In this document: positions 1-13,819 of the stretch, in pieces
Numbering within the stretch: position 1 is the stretch's first letter
How the letters are laid out: every line of letters begins with the position of its first letter
DNA from: Mytilus edulis
Lineage: Eukaryota
Assembly (NCBI RefSeq): GCF_963676685.1
Contig: NC_092357.1
Location: 47,802,001-47,866,000, forward strand
Length of the DNA: 64,000 nucleotides
Direction of reading: 5' to 3'
Notes under the pieces: model-generated
The model's database searches: none
What the model was told of the DNA's origin: nothing
What the model saw: only the letters and a program-made list of their open reading frames with translations
Program-made: the position numbers and the translations under genes

Positions 1-1339
1 TATAATTGTACAATATACAAACATAGCAAGAATGCTAACCTAAAGTCTTCATCTACATGCATTAAGTAATTAGCTGTAAAATATTTTTTCACAATTCATC
101 ACAACACTATGATTGACTAAAATACTAACTCACCTTTCCCAATAAGTTAAAATCGATTAAAGTAACTGCATCAATGATCAAATATTTCACTTTATTCGAT
201 ACGGCTAATGCACCAGCAGTTTTATATTCATAAATATTCATAAATATAACAAAATGATTTTAAAGGTAATACACACATATATACAATGCGCTGAGTCTCC
301 TTATACGTCCACCTTACTGAGGGTGTAGACGGGGTCCTTCATTTCTGTATTCTCTAATAATTACGCCTATTTTTCTCTATACCCTTAATATGTTGATCTA
401 TTATTGTCCTTTATATATATATATATATTTTAGCACCCCATCATTTTTTTTTATTTTGTGTCACCCTCCGCTCCCCCCCCCCTTTCCCTTATACACACAT
501 TTTTCTCTATATATTTTAATAATTTTTTTATTTTTATTTAGATCTGTATAAAAATAAAAAGATGTGGTATGATTGTCAACGGGACAACTCTCCACAAGAG
601 ACATAATAACGTAGAATTGTAAGAATCGACAAATAAGTCTCAGTTTATTCTGTAAACCCGATTCGAACCCACATAATGCAAAGTTACTATAGTTATTTTA
701 TCAAAGAGTGGGTTGGATATTTATCGGGCTCTGGGATCGGGTGTTTTTAAGCTTGGGATGTTGGGATTGAAATTTCTTTTAAATTCCGGACCTCGGGATT
801 TCGGAATCATGACCCCTCCGACCCCACCCCCTCATTAAAAGGGCAGTATACAGTGGAAGACAACACAATTTGAAAACAGTAAAACCATGATAATTGATTT
901 ACATAATGTTGAAGAAATTTACCTGGTTAATTCAGTCAATAAACATCACTGTTCAACAGTACACCAAGTATGGACAACCAGTTGATGAATATTGTATAAC
1001 CTTCTCTCGCATAATGCTCCAATGGACCGCAAACTATTTCTATCGTGAATGTATTTATCAGGAGCTTTGCTAGTGTTGGTATATCACGTATATACATTAC
1101 TGTCTGTATAGGTTTTACAAAAGAGAAAATAATAGCAGGCAAAAATTAAAGTGCAGAATGAATTAAGGTCTAACAAAATAAAGAATAGAGAGAATACAAA
1201 AATTCCCCCCAAAAAAAAAGAAATGAGAAAAATAGGGTGCCTGATTATATAGAATTGAGAATAATGGGCAAAATTTATGAAGAATAGAGAAAAATGGCCT
1301 AAATAATAAAGAAAACAGGATTGAAGATATCCCAATCCA

Positions 1340-1405
1340 AAATCTAATTAAAATATAGAACTCGGATTTCGTTATAATACGTAGTTCTATATTTTAATTA
1401 GATTG
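1340..1405. mobile_element. 66-bp hairpin MITE
   Basis: AATCTAATTAAAATATAGAACT inverted repeat flanked by 9-bp direct repeat CCCAATCCA. Confidence 0.65.
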
Positions 1406-1632
1406 CCCAATCCAGACCCTCATATATACTATGTGATTTCGTTAAACACATGTTGAATGTACGTGGGAAAATAACATACATTTATATTAAATTTCTGGTT
1501 CTAGATGATTGCAGGTGGTCTGTAGCCACACAGAATTGTTTAAATACATGCATATTTCTGAATGTTTATAACTGCAAAAAATCGTTGGACACCCCGTTCT
1601 TTAAAAAAAAATGTTTTACATGATCCTAAAGT

Positions 1633-1833
1633 GAGGGGGGATAGGACCTTTATCGGGACTCCAGGATCGGGTGTTTTAAAACTCGGGATTTCGGGATTGA
1701 TACTTTCGGGATCCGGGAATTCTTATTTTCGAATTTCGGGACCTCGGGATTTCATGTTTTTAAGCCCGAGATTTCGGGATTTCGTGTTTTTAAGCCCGGG
1801 ATTTCGGGATCAGGACCCTCCTATCCCCCCCTC
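1633..1833. mobile_element. MITE with TCGGGA(TT) subrepeats
   Basis: TIR GAGGGGGGATAGGA, 6-bp TSD TAAAGT; degenerate relative at ~707-834. Confidence 0.8.
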
Positions 1834-2842
1834 TAAAGTCGGCATAAGCAACTTATCACGACTGAAGGAGAATGTCAAACCTCTATAGACCATTGGGTGT
1901 TGTTGGGTTTCTGTCTCATTGAAGTACCCTTTTTATTCGTTTGTTTTTCCGATGACTGAATAGAAAAGCTTTTTTTATCAATTCGATACCTAGCCAGCCT
2001 TAATTTAGTGAGCAGTAACCTTGATTTTATGTAATGTCTTTTTAATTTGTTTGAACTTAACTTTTTGTTGTGTGGTAAAATTATTCAAGTGAGAACTTAT
2101 CACATGACAGTGGCGGTCATTTTTTTTCAATATTTTTGGAGGAGGTTGGAGTGCCAAGAGAAAACCCCATACCTTAGACCGGAAAACTGACAATCCTAGT
2201 CAACGAAGATTGGGATCGGACGATGCTGCTACTTGCAGAGTCCGAATTTACAACTCGGTGCAAATGATAGATGAACTATTTAGACTACTCGGTCACCGAG
2301 GCCCTTAATAATATTACAATTTTGTTCATTTTGTAATGCTGATATTTTGTTTTCTATGTTTTTACCAAAATAAAAATAAAACTGTGTAAAAAACGTAATT
2401 TCTGATTTCTGATTATTTGGTCTTTGTTACCAACTAATATTTAGAGGTCTTTTTCACATTCACACTAAATTGTCTATAATTTTGTCCAACACATAAAAAT
2501 GATATTAATATCGTCTTTAAGGGCAATAACTCATGCTGGAGGAAATAGGCAATTTCGGCAATGTTGACATTTGTGTCGATCTTGCCCTGCTCATCAATTT
2601 TCTTTATCTATTATACTTAAAAAAATGATTAAAAAATAATCATTTAAGGGCAATAAGACCTTAAAGGAGTAGAATGCTTTTACCACTATGGTGACCTATT
2701 TGTATGTAGCTAGTCTTACTGATTTGTTTTCCATCTACTCGATTTTTTTTGTAAAAAATGTAAGCAAATGTTTACATCAAATAACTCATACAAGTAGTCA
2801 ACCCATGATTTCTGTTATATAAATACATTTGTAGATCTTGTA

Positions 2843-3118
2843 TAGCTGCGGAACCGTAGCTCATAGGTCCTTAAGTTAATTTTTTACTTTTTGTGGACCA
2901 TAGATTGTGAGCAAAAAGTAAAAAAATAACATAAGGACCTATGAGCTATGGATAAATGGTCCACAAAAAGTTAAAAAATAACATAAGGACCTATGAGCTA
3001 TGGATAAATGGTCCACAAAAAGTAAAAAAATAACACAAGGACCTATGAGCTATGGATAAATGGTCCACAAAAAGTAAAAAAATAACACAAGGACCTATGA
3101 GCTACGGTTCCGCAGCTA
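2843..3118. mobile_element. MITE with internal ~52-bp tandem repeats
   Basis: TIR TAGCTGCGGAACCGTAGCTCATAGGTCCTT; 9-bp direct repeat GATCTTGTA on both flanks. Confidence 0.85.
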
Positions 3119-3853
3119 GATCTTGTACTGCTATTCATTTCTGCTAATTATTTCTATTGTCTTTTATGGTTTTCAAAATTAGCAAAAACGTCAAATATTG
3201 TGAGAAAAAAAAGTAATTCAAGGGAGCTTATCAGGAGTCGACTGACAATTTCATCTATGCTGACAAATTGTACATCTAGTAGACTATCTTATCATTTTTG
3301 GTAGTTAATTTTTTTTTATCTATTATTTTCCCTAGATAACCGAATTTGGTAAACATCATCATTTAACTCTTATATGGGCCATTTGACAGTTTTTTTAGTA
3401 AATGAACAGTTTGATGAATTCAACAAATTTTCTGAATATTTCTGTAGCTGTCAGATTTTTCTGTATATGAAGTGGTTTTCAAGATAGTAGACAAATTTTG
3501 AATAATTGTTAACGTTGTGCATTTTATAGTCATATTTAGATGTCCTTTGAAAGTCAATACTGACAAGGGCCTCAACTTTAAAGGCAACCTGAAAATTCTG
3601 GATATTTTCCATTAATTACACCTTATGTAAGAATCCGGGGTTTTGATTGGTTATTAGCCAGTGTATTTTTCACCAATTTACTGTTATCAAATGAATATCG
3701 TTCATTTTTAACGCCGCCGGGGTATTTGCTAAAAGGATATGCCTTTTTTACCCTCTCTGCCGTGGTATTTGCCAAAAAATACTCTATCCGACTGGACGCT
3801 TGTAACGTCACGATCATCAATGCGTTTTAGTACATTAACATTCGGTGTAATTA

Positions 3854-3998
3854 AACAGATATATCATGTTATTGAGGGGTATTTGCGAAAAATACCAGTC
3901 TTGAGAATGAATTTCCCTCGCCTTACGGCTCGTGAAATTTAACATTCTCTCGACTGGTATTTTTCGCAAATACCCCTCCTTAACATGATATATCTGTT
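3854..3998. repeat. Long foldback palindrome (~145 bp)
   Basis: AACAGATATATCATGTTA..GAGGGGTATTTGCGAAAAATACCAGTC pairs with its reverse complement. Confidence 0.85.
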
Positions 3999-4530
3999 CA
4001 TAATTATCAATTAGAAAGCTTGAGAGATACAACACTGTGGTGTTAAAAATGATACATTGTAACATTTAGAAGAACCTTTTTAAGCTAGATGTACCATATT
4101 CATTGGATAGCAAGCTCCTCACACATTTTTTAAACTAGATACCATAATGATTATTGTGGCCAGTAGTTTGCAGCATTCTATGAGCTTGCAAAACTGTAGG
4201 TATCAGAAAGTTTAAGAGTAAGAAACTATATATATTTATAATTCATTTCAACTTTCCAATTTGGTAAAATGTTCAGGCACAAGAGCATTCATATGATCTG
4301 GCATGTGGGCATATGGAGATGAGTTTGATAAGAAACCTTGACCATTTTGTCTTCAGATATGACTAATATACATATTCAAACAGGAAGAAACAAGACAGGA
4401 ATGTCTAGTTCAATATTATAGGTACTGCTGATCCTTCCAGGGCACCAGAGTTAACCCTTGGGCTTTTGTAGAGTTTTTGTGTTTTCTGTGTACTTGTAGT
4501 GTTGTGACTTGATGTTTCTCCTTTTGTCCT

Positions 4531-5016
4531 TTTTTATACCCCCGCTTTAAAAAAAAACCCGCTTTAAAAAAGGGGGGGTATACTGTTTTACCTCTGTCTG
4601 TCAGTCCGTCCGTCAGTCAGTCCGTCCCATGAAACTTTCGTCACATTTTTCTCAGGAACTACACACCCACCCTTTCTGTAATTTGGTAGTAACATTTATA
4701 TATGTCAGTCATACCGTGTGATGCATTTTCAGATTCATCACTTGACAACTTCCTGTTTACCGAACACTTGTCTGATTTTACACATGATAGCCAAGTTGAA
4801 AATTTTCGTCACATTTTTCTCAGGAACTACAATACAAGGATTTCTGAAATTTGGTTTCAGGATTTATATAAGTCAGCTATACCGTGTGATGCGTTTTCAG
4901 ATTCATCACTCGACAACTTCCTGTTTACCGAACACTTGCATATTTTTACACTATTAATATTATCCACTTGCGGCGGGGGTATCATCAGTGAGCAGTAGCT
5001 CGCAGTTTCACTTGTT
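4531..5016 (+). mobile_element. Helentron/HINE-like non-autonomous element
   Basis: TTTTTATACCCCCGC start, GTCC/GTCA microsatellite, ~170-bp internal duplication, GCGGGGGTAT subterminal repeat, GTGAGCAGTAGCTCGC hairpin, ends in TT. Confidence 0.75.
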
Positions 5017-8000
5017 GTTTTTGCAATGGTGCTGTCTGTTTAAGAATTATGTCTTTTGTTTTCCATCCATGTCAACTATCTTCTCCTTCCTTTTATTCTA
5101 GATCTTTTTGTCTTTTATCTTGAATAGTCCTGTATATGAATGGAATATTGGTTCCGGTAGTTTGCAAACACTCAATCAGTCTACTTTTATTTTTTTTTAT
5201 CAATTATTAGTCATTCTAAAAACTTGATTAAGGTTTGGCTTGCTATAAAACCAGGTTTAATCCACCATTTTCTAAATATGGGAATGAGCTGTACCAAGTT
5301 AGGAATATGACAGTTGTTTTCCATTCTTTTGATTTTGCCATTTCATAAGGGACTTTCTGTTTTGAATTTTCCTTGGAATTCAGTATTTTCACTTTTATAC
5401 CTTGCACTGATAAAAGGTGTCAATGACTCAATGTTATAACAAATAAATCTCTAAAATAACAAAATAAATCTAGTGGAGACAATCCAGTTTTCAACAAAAG
5501 ACTGTCGTCTAAAAATGTGTCAATAGATATAGGAAGATGTGGTATGAGTGCCATTGCGACAACTCTCCATCCAAGTCACAATTCATCAAAGTAAACCATT
5601 ATAAGTCAAGGTACAGCCTTCAATAACGGAGCCTTGGCTCACACCAAACAGCAAGCTATAAAGGGCCCCAAAAATTACTAGTGTAAAACCATTCAAACAG
5701 GAAAACCAACGGTCTAATCTATATAAAAACGAGAAACGAGTATGAACTACATAAACAGACGACAACTACAATGTCTACTTTCATAAACCTTGTCTGCCAG
5801 TCTGATGGCAATTAAAATCAACAATGTATTTAATTATTTTTTTATATAAAAATTGAATAGCATCAATTTGTTTCATTAACAGTAACAACACAATAACAAT
5901 AAAAATTTTAAACATAACATTTACATGTACAAATTTGCCTGTATTTTACCCTTATTATTTTAAAATATCTTTTTTGCTTGTTAAAGTTTAAATATTTTGG
6001 AAAAACAAAAGTCTCCAAACCATGTATTGAAAATATTGAAAATATGCTTCTGCTGAAAATTGTTCTTTTCAGGAGAGAGTGATGATGCTCCTAGACATTT
6101 AAAACATCTGAATTAAAATTTACAGTTTTTCCTTGTGTTTATTTGAAAACCTCTCCCTTCAGAAAATTTCTTCATGCACGGACGAGAGAAGATGTCTTTG
6201 AAAATTCTGTAAAAAAAATTTAACCATCAATATTGCAGACTCTTCAAGGGCTGTATAGAGAGATCGTTAAAAACTTCTATCATCACCATCAATAGGTTTC
6301 TTGGTTTTTAAAAAAATACAATTTATAGTCAAAAAATTGTTTGTTTACACAATAAACATCAACAAATCAATATCTTATAAATGATACATTCAGAATTTTT
6401 TAAACATTAAAAATTCAGACATATTTTTTTCACAGAAAACAATGATATAATTTCTTAATGAAAACATCTCCTTTAAGGTTAATTTCTAGAGGTTGGTATT
6501 CATGATGGTTTAATTTTTCAAAATGTGTAACTTACAATTAAATTTAATTTTTAGACATTCAAACTAGATTTCAATAACAACATCAGGTGGGGATTTCTGA
6601 TCTATAAATACATCAGGTGGGTATTTCTTTGTTATGAATGAGAATGGTAATGTTCTGATAGACTGCAATGAACAAACAAGAGGCTGTCGGAGTGACAGCA
6701 AACCAGATTTTCATGAAGAGGTATAATTATAATTGTGGGATAAGACATAAACCATATGCTTAGTAAACAGATAACAGGTGAAAATGATCTATAAAGGCTT
6801 AGTGTAATCAAACTTTATGTGTATAATTAACCATATCTGTTCAAAGGGAGATAACTCAACAACGAGAAAAACTAAAATCGTGAAAATTTTAAGTTGAACT
6901 TCATTTAGTGGCAAGATACAACATATCTAAATTTGAAAAAAGGGGGTTTTCATGTTATTGAACAGACACTGTTTGGCAGCTGCCCGCGTACATCCCCAAA
7001 CCAATAACCTATTTTACCTTGAAAATCAGATTAAAAACTTAATATTTTTCAACTATTCTATTAATTGAAGTCATTTACTATTGTGTATTTACACTCTGTC
7101 TATTTTGTGTCATTAAATGGTATATATACATTTGTATTAAAGAGTAATCAAGTTGTATCTTTGGTCGCTACAGTAGTTTTTGTATCACGAAAAAATTGCT
7201 GAAAGAAATGTAGATGATATGAACTGTTGTGAGTATTTCAATCTTACACTTGATGTGGATTTTGTCATTTATAGTTGTCTGATGAAAACGGTGAGACAGC
7301 AGCTTAATAGTCAAAGTAGTTCCTAAACAGTGATCACTTAATTTATAAATTGCAATGTATCTACTGGTTTAAACATCTTCATAATGGATTTACAAAAAAC
7401 ATTTTTACATTTAAAAAAATAATCACACATGTTAAAAAAAACATGTACATATCATAATTTTTTTTCTTCGTTCAGCTCATAAAAATAATGCGATATTTAC
7501 TATACATTTTTATAAAAAACAATTTCTGAACTTCCAATACTTAAATAACAATGCCCTCCTATTAAAGAACATAATTTTCTATAACAAATGCCTTTGCCAC
7601 AGAATAAAAAATCCGCACAGAGCAATTGAAAATTCATTCTGTATGACGATCTTGTTTTTTAGCCAACTTATGGGAAACAAAATATATTGCAGTTTGCATA
7701 CATATCAACTTAAAATTTAAACTTTCAAGCAGTTAATAGGTAATAATTTTACTTTCTGCTTGTTGAGTATTGTAGAAAAAAAGGGAACCTTTTAGAAGAT
7801 TAAATTTTTAAAGAAATGAAAAATTTGTGATTAAAGGGAGATAACCCAATTTTGTTAATTTACATAATTTCACTTAATATCATATTTTCATACATTTATC
7901 TTGAAAGCAGTATCTCATTTTTAAGTGTTACATGAGGTTTTTCTCTCTCTCAAAAACTGCAAACACTTATAAAAGAGTTTTATTTTCAAAAAGAAAACCT

Positions 8001-8585
8001 ACTTAATTAAGATTTCAAGGGAAAATATTTGTGTGTCTCAAAAAGTAATAGTAGACACAAAACAAGCATTACTAAAATGTCTATCTACAGAATTTCAGGA
8101 AAATAAATGACCTCAAACCATACTTTTATAACTACATATGAACTATTGCTTTCTAATTAAACATGATCTCATTTAAAAAAAATAGTTTAAATGTACACAA
8201 CTTTTTTCTGCTAACAATACATAATTTCAATATCAAATGGCAAAATATGGCATTATTGTTCTAATATGTTCTTTTTTACATAATGTACTTCTACACTAGT
8301 TATCTCATGTATTCCTTTCTTGCACTGAATCAAATGCATCTTTAAACAGACAAGAAACGAATTTTTTTTCTGCAACAACTGTTTCCATGCCTCTGTCATA
8401 TTTTACAGATAACGAACCTTGCTAACGCTAGTCAACTTGAACTATGAGGTTGAACAGTCATCGTGATTTCATATCACTGACACAGAGTACGCACAGTTCT
8501 CGACAATTCTACTCAGAGCAAGATGAGTCCCTGTGCCATCTTAACTAAGATAATTAAGATAATGAATCAGAATATGAAAATATTC

Positions 8586-8737
8586 TCAACCCGTTTGAGG
8601 TTGTACTATAACTGTCACTGTGCCTTCTTCACTTTCTACTAAAACAGTCTCATGTTCTTCTATGCTTGTATTATTTTCTTCTGAATGTTCTTCTCCTTCC
8701 ATATCAACTCCTTCACCAACTTCCACTGCCATGGAGT
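8586..8737 (-). CDS. Sp1-4: Sp1-4 exon 7: acidic C-terminal tail and stop
   Basis: TCTCCCTTAG acceptor, phase compatible; DSMAVEVGEGVDMEGEE...QPQTG*; exon lengths sum to 2421 nt = 806 aa + stop. Confidence 0.8.
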
Positions 8738-9539
8738 CTAAGGGAGATAATAAATAATGGATTACTTCCCTTATCACAATTTAATTCTAAATTAAAAAAA
8801 ATGTTCACACCAGATATAAGAATTTCAACAAACTGATTGACCATGCTTCCATTTTAAGTGAATAAGTATTTATTGACAAATGTTTTTTTCACAATTTAAA
8901 TACTGAAAATACATAAATTAATGTGATTTTTTTTATTATTGCCAAAAATGCAACAGGGTTATCATGGTTACAATGGCAATGATTAAAACACACATTTTTG
9001 AAAAAATTTATCTGAATCAAACAGGATTTTTTTTCTGTATATCGCAAAAATTTAAATTGCATTTTAGTTGAAGCCTTTTTCAACAGATTTTAAAGTTTGT
9101 TCTTAAGTTGTACTGTTATACCACTGTCCCAGGTTAGGGGGAGGGTTGGGATCCCGCTAACATGTTTAAACCTGCCACATTCTCTATGTATGAGCCTGTC
9201 CCAAGTCAGGAGCCTGTGATTGAGTAGTTGTTGTTTGTTTACGTGTTACATATTTGTTTTTTAGTTCATTTTTTGTACCTCAATTAGGCTGTTAGTTGAA
9301 TAGTTTTACATTGATATTTCAGTCTTCTGATCAGTTTAAAGTTTTTGTCTATCAGCTGATAGACATTATTTTGAAATGTGGTTATTCAGTGTGAACCACA
9401 TTTTTTTATGTTATTTCTTGCTCTTCATAGAATGGATTTTTCAGTGTGAACTCTATTTTTGACCTTATTTCTTCATCGACAGAAAAATATATTAGTCATT
9501 CCTTAAAGGTATTTTTAAATTCACTGTAATACCACTTAC

Positions 9540-9659
9540 CACCATCTATAGCTGCCCCTTTTGTACCTCGGTTGTTAAAATGTGTTTTTCTGTGTTTTGA
9601 CAGATGATCACTTCTCATAAATCTCTTGTGGCATTCTTTACATTCAAACCTTTTCTCGC
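9540..9659 (-). CDS. Sp1-4: Sp1-4 exon 6: zinc finger 3
   Basis: TTTTAG acceptor; [27 protein letters not shown]; GTAAGT donor, phase 1. Confidence 0.95.
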
Positions 9660-10418
9660 CTAAAATACATAAAAAATTTCCATATCAAAGTAAATAAATG
9701 TAGAAACAAGTTAAATCAAATGTTTGTAAAGCTCCAATACTCCACTTGGTCTATTGGGATTATTTGCTCTTCAACTTGGTACATTTTTTTGTTCTTCATT
9801 TGGCTTTCACTTTTTTTTATTCCAGCATTACTGATGTGTCTTTGGTAGATGAAACAAGCATTTACTTACAAAGTTGTAAGCCTGGTATCTTTGATGAGTT
9901 TGATTTATAAATAGATCATGAATGTTTAAAGAGACATGTTTAACATGAACATATGCCAGATTGAAAATATTTGCATAAAATATCAGTGATTTCAGATGGT
10001 CATTTTTTGAAAGGGACAAGAACACCCAGCATATTATTTTTTTCATTTTGGAGTGTGCCATGCTTTTACTGGTCTCAGAATGATAATCTCTTGTCAACAA
10101 ACTATTATATAACTATATGATTTTTTTTTACATAAACACCAAAAGTTTTTTGGGGGGTAGAGGTTTAAGTGAAACTTTTATTTTACACATTGTATTACTA
10201 ATTTACTATAGCTTATTTTTCATGAACTTGGTATTTAGAGGGCACTCACCAACAAGTATTTTCCTTTTATAAGGTTTAGTGTCAAACCATGACGAAATTT
10301 GTTTTTCATAGCTTTAAATATGTTTAAAGTTGCATGTGATGCATGAATGTTTAAATATAAACTCAATTTTATTTTGTGTATAAAATCTAAGTTAAGATGA
10401 ATCGTTACCACTAACCCA

Positions 10419-13400
10419 AACCTCATACAGAAAGGAGCATAAACATAATTGTAATCTTTCCAAAATGTCAATACAAACCTGTGTGTGTTCTCCTATGTCA
10501 CCCTCATACAGAAAGGAACATAAACATAATTGTAATCTTTCCAAAATGTCAATACAAACCTGTGTGTGTTCTCCTATGTCACCCTCATACAGAAAGGAAC
10601 ATAAACATAATTGTAATCTTTCCAAAATGTCAATACAAACCTGTGTGTGTTCTTCTATGTCAACCTCATACAGAAAGGAACATAAACATAATTGTAATCT
10701 TTCCAAAATGTCAATACAAACCTGTGTGTGTTCTTCTATGTCACCCTCATACAGAAAGGAACATAAACATAATTGTAATCTTTCCAAAATGTCAATACAA
10801 AACTGTGTGTGTTCTTCTATGTCAACCTCATACAGAAAGGAACATAAACATAATTGTAATCTTTCCAAAATGTCAATACAAACCTGTGTGTGTTCTTCTA
10901 TGTCAACCTCATACAGAAAGGAACATAAACATAATTGTAATCTTTCCAAAATGTCAATACAAACCTGTGTGTGTTCTCCTATGTCAACCTCATACAGAAA
11001 GGAACATAAACATAATTGTAATCTTTCCAAAATGTCAATACAAAACTGTGTGTGTTCTTCTATGTCAACCTCATACAGAAAGGAACATAAACATAATTGT
11101 TATCTTTCCAAAATGTCAATACAAACCTGTGTGTGTTCTTCTATGTCAACCTCATACAGAAAGGAACATAAACATAATTGTAATCTTTCCAAAATGTCAA
11201 TACAAACCTGTGTGTGTTCTTCTATGTCAACCTCATACAGAAAGGAACATAAACATAATTGTAATCTTTCCAAAATGTCAATACAAACCTGTGTGTGTTC
11301 TTCTATGTCAACCTCATACAGAAAGGAACATAAACATAATTGTAATCTTTCCAAAATGTCAATACAAACCTGTGTGTGTTCTCCTATGTCAACCTCATAC
11401 AGAAAGGAACATAAACATAATTGTAATCTTTCCAAAATGTCAATACAAAACTGTGTGTGTTCTTCTATGTCAACCTCATACAGAAAGGAACATAAACATT
11501 ATTGTAATCTTTCCAAAATGTCAATACAAACCTGTGTGTGTTCTTTTATGTCAACCTCATACAGAAAGGAACATAAACATAATTGTAATCTTTCCAAAAT
11601 GTCAATACAAACCTGTGTGTGTTCTCCTATGTCAACCTCATACAGAAAGGAACATAAACATAATTGTAATCTTTCCAAAATGTCAATACAAAACTGTGTG
11701 TGTTCTTCTATGTCAACCTCATACAGAAAGGAACATAAACATAATTGTAATCTTTCCAAAATGTCAATACAAAACTGTGTGTGTTCTTCTATGTCAACCT
11801 CATACAGAAAGGAACATAAACATAATTGTAATCTTTCCAAAATGTCAATACAAAACTGTGTGTGTTCTTCTATGTCAACCTCATACAGAAAGGAACATAA
11901 ACATTATTGTAATCTTTCCAAAATGTCAATACAAAACTGTGTGTGTTCTTCTATGTCAACCTCATACAGAAAGGAACATAAACATAATTGTAATCTTTCC
12001 AAAATGTCAATACAAACCTGTGTGTGTTCTTCTATGTCAACCTCATACAGAAAGGAACATAAACATAATTGTAATCTTTCCAAAATGTCAATACAAAACT
12101 GTGTGTGTTCTTCTATGTCAACCTCATACAGAAAGGAACATAAACATAATTGTAATCTTTCCAAAATGTCAATACAAAACTGTGTGTGTTCTTCTATGTC
12201 AACCTCATACAGAAAGGAACATAAACATTATTGTAATCTTTCCAAAATGTCAATACAAACCTGTGTGTGTTCTTCTATGTCAACCTCATACAGAAAGGAA
12301 CATAAACATAATTGTAATCTTTCCAAAATGTCAATACAAAACTGTGTGTGTTCTTCTATGTCAACCTCATACAGAAAGGAACATAAACATAATTGTAATC
12401 TTTCCAAAATGTCAATACAAAACTGTGTGTGTTCTTCTATGTCAACCTCATACAGAAAGGAACATAAACATTATTGTAATCTTTCCAAAATGTCAATACA
12501 AACCTGTGTGTGTTCTTCTATGTCAACCTCATACAGAAAGGAACATAAACATAATTGTAATCTTTCCAAAATGTCAATACAAACCTGTGTGTGTTCTCCT
12601 ATGTCAACCTCATACAGAAAGGAACATAAACATAATTGTAATCTTTCCAAAATGTCAATACAAAACTGTGTGTGTTCTTCTATGTCAACCTCATACAGAA
12701 AGGAACATAAACATTATTGTAATCTTTCCAAAATGTCAATACAAACCTGTGTGTGTTCTTCTATGTCAACCTCATACAGAAAGGAACATAAACATAATTG
12801 TAATCTTTCCAAAATGTCAATACAAAACTGTGTGTGTTCTTCTATGTCAACCTCATACAGAAAGGAACATAAACATAATTGTAATCTTTCCAAAATGTCA
12901 ATACAAAACTGTGTGTGTTCTTCTATGTCAACCTCATACAGAAAGGAACATAAACATAATTGTAATCTTTCCAAAATGTCAATACAAAACTGTGTGTGTT
13001 CTTCTATGTCAACCTCATACAGAAAGGAACATAAACATAATTGTAATCTTTCCAAAATGTCAATACAAAACTGTGTGTGTTCTTCTATGTCAACCTCATA
13101 CAGAAAGGAACATAAACATTATTGTAATCTTTCCAAAATGTCAATACAAACCTGTGTGTGTTCTTCTATGTCAACCTCATACAGAAAGGAACATAAACAT
13201 AATTGTAATCTTTCCAAAATGTCAATACAAACCTGTGTGTGTTCTTCTATGTCAACCTCATACAGAAAGGAACATAAACATTATCGTAATCTTTCCAAAA
13301 TGTCAATACAAACCTGTGTGTGTTCTTCTATGTCAACCTCATACAGAAAGGAACATAAACATAATTGTAATCTTTCCAAAATGTCAATACAAAACTGTGT

Positions 13401-13739
13401 GTGTTCTTCTATGTCAACCTCATACAGAAAGGAACATAAACATAATTGTAATCTTTCCAAAATGTCAATACAAACCTGTGTGTGTTCTTCTATGTCAACC
13501 TCATACAGAAAGGAACATAAACATAATTGTAATCTTTCCAAAATGTCAATACAAAACTGTGTGTGTTCTTCTATGTCAACCTCATACAGAAAGGAACATA
13601 AACATAATTGTAATCTTTCCAAAATGTCAATACAAACCTGTGTGTGTTCTCCTATGTCAACCTCATACAGAAAGGAACATAAACATAATTGTAATCTTTC
13701 CAAAATGTCAATACAAACCTGTGTGTGTTCTTCTATGTC
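10419..13739. repeat. 81-bp tandem array, 41 copies, in Sp intron 5 and overlapping the end of exon 5
   Basis: Unit AACCTCATACAGAAAGGAACATAAACATAATTGTAATCTTTCCAAAATGTCAATACAAACCTGTGTGTGTTCTTCTATGTC; 3321 bp = 41 x 81; only a few recurrent single-base variants. Confidence 0.98.
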
Positions 13740-13819
13740 GCTGTAATTCATCAGAACGTGTAAATCTTTTATTGCAAAATAACCAGTTACAAACAAAAGG
13801 TCTTTCTCCTGTATGCCAC
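13719..13819 (-). CDS. Sp1-4: Sp1-4 exon 5: end of finger 1 and zinc finger 2
   Basis: TTTCAG acceptor; [33 protein letters not shown]; CAG|GTTTGT donor, phase 1. Confidence 0.95.

Noticed and set aside
1562-1888. 108-aa ORF (also 58698-58988)
   Set aside because: Reads through the TCGGGA-repeat MITE; not a gene.
10419-13739. CRISPR-like array
   Set aside because: No unique spacers, no cas genes, eukaryotic context.
10419-13739. Array of alternative zinc-finger cassette exons
   Set aside because: Each unit holds only 21 exonic nt; the only frame-preserving candidate microexon (24 nt after a weak GAG acceptor) begins with an in-frame TGA.
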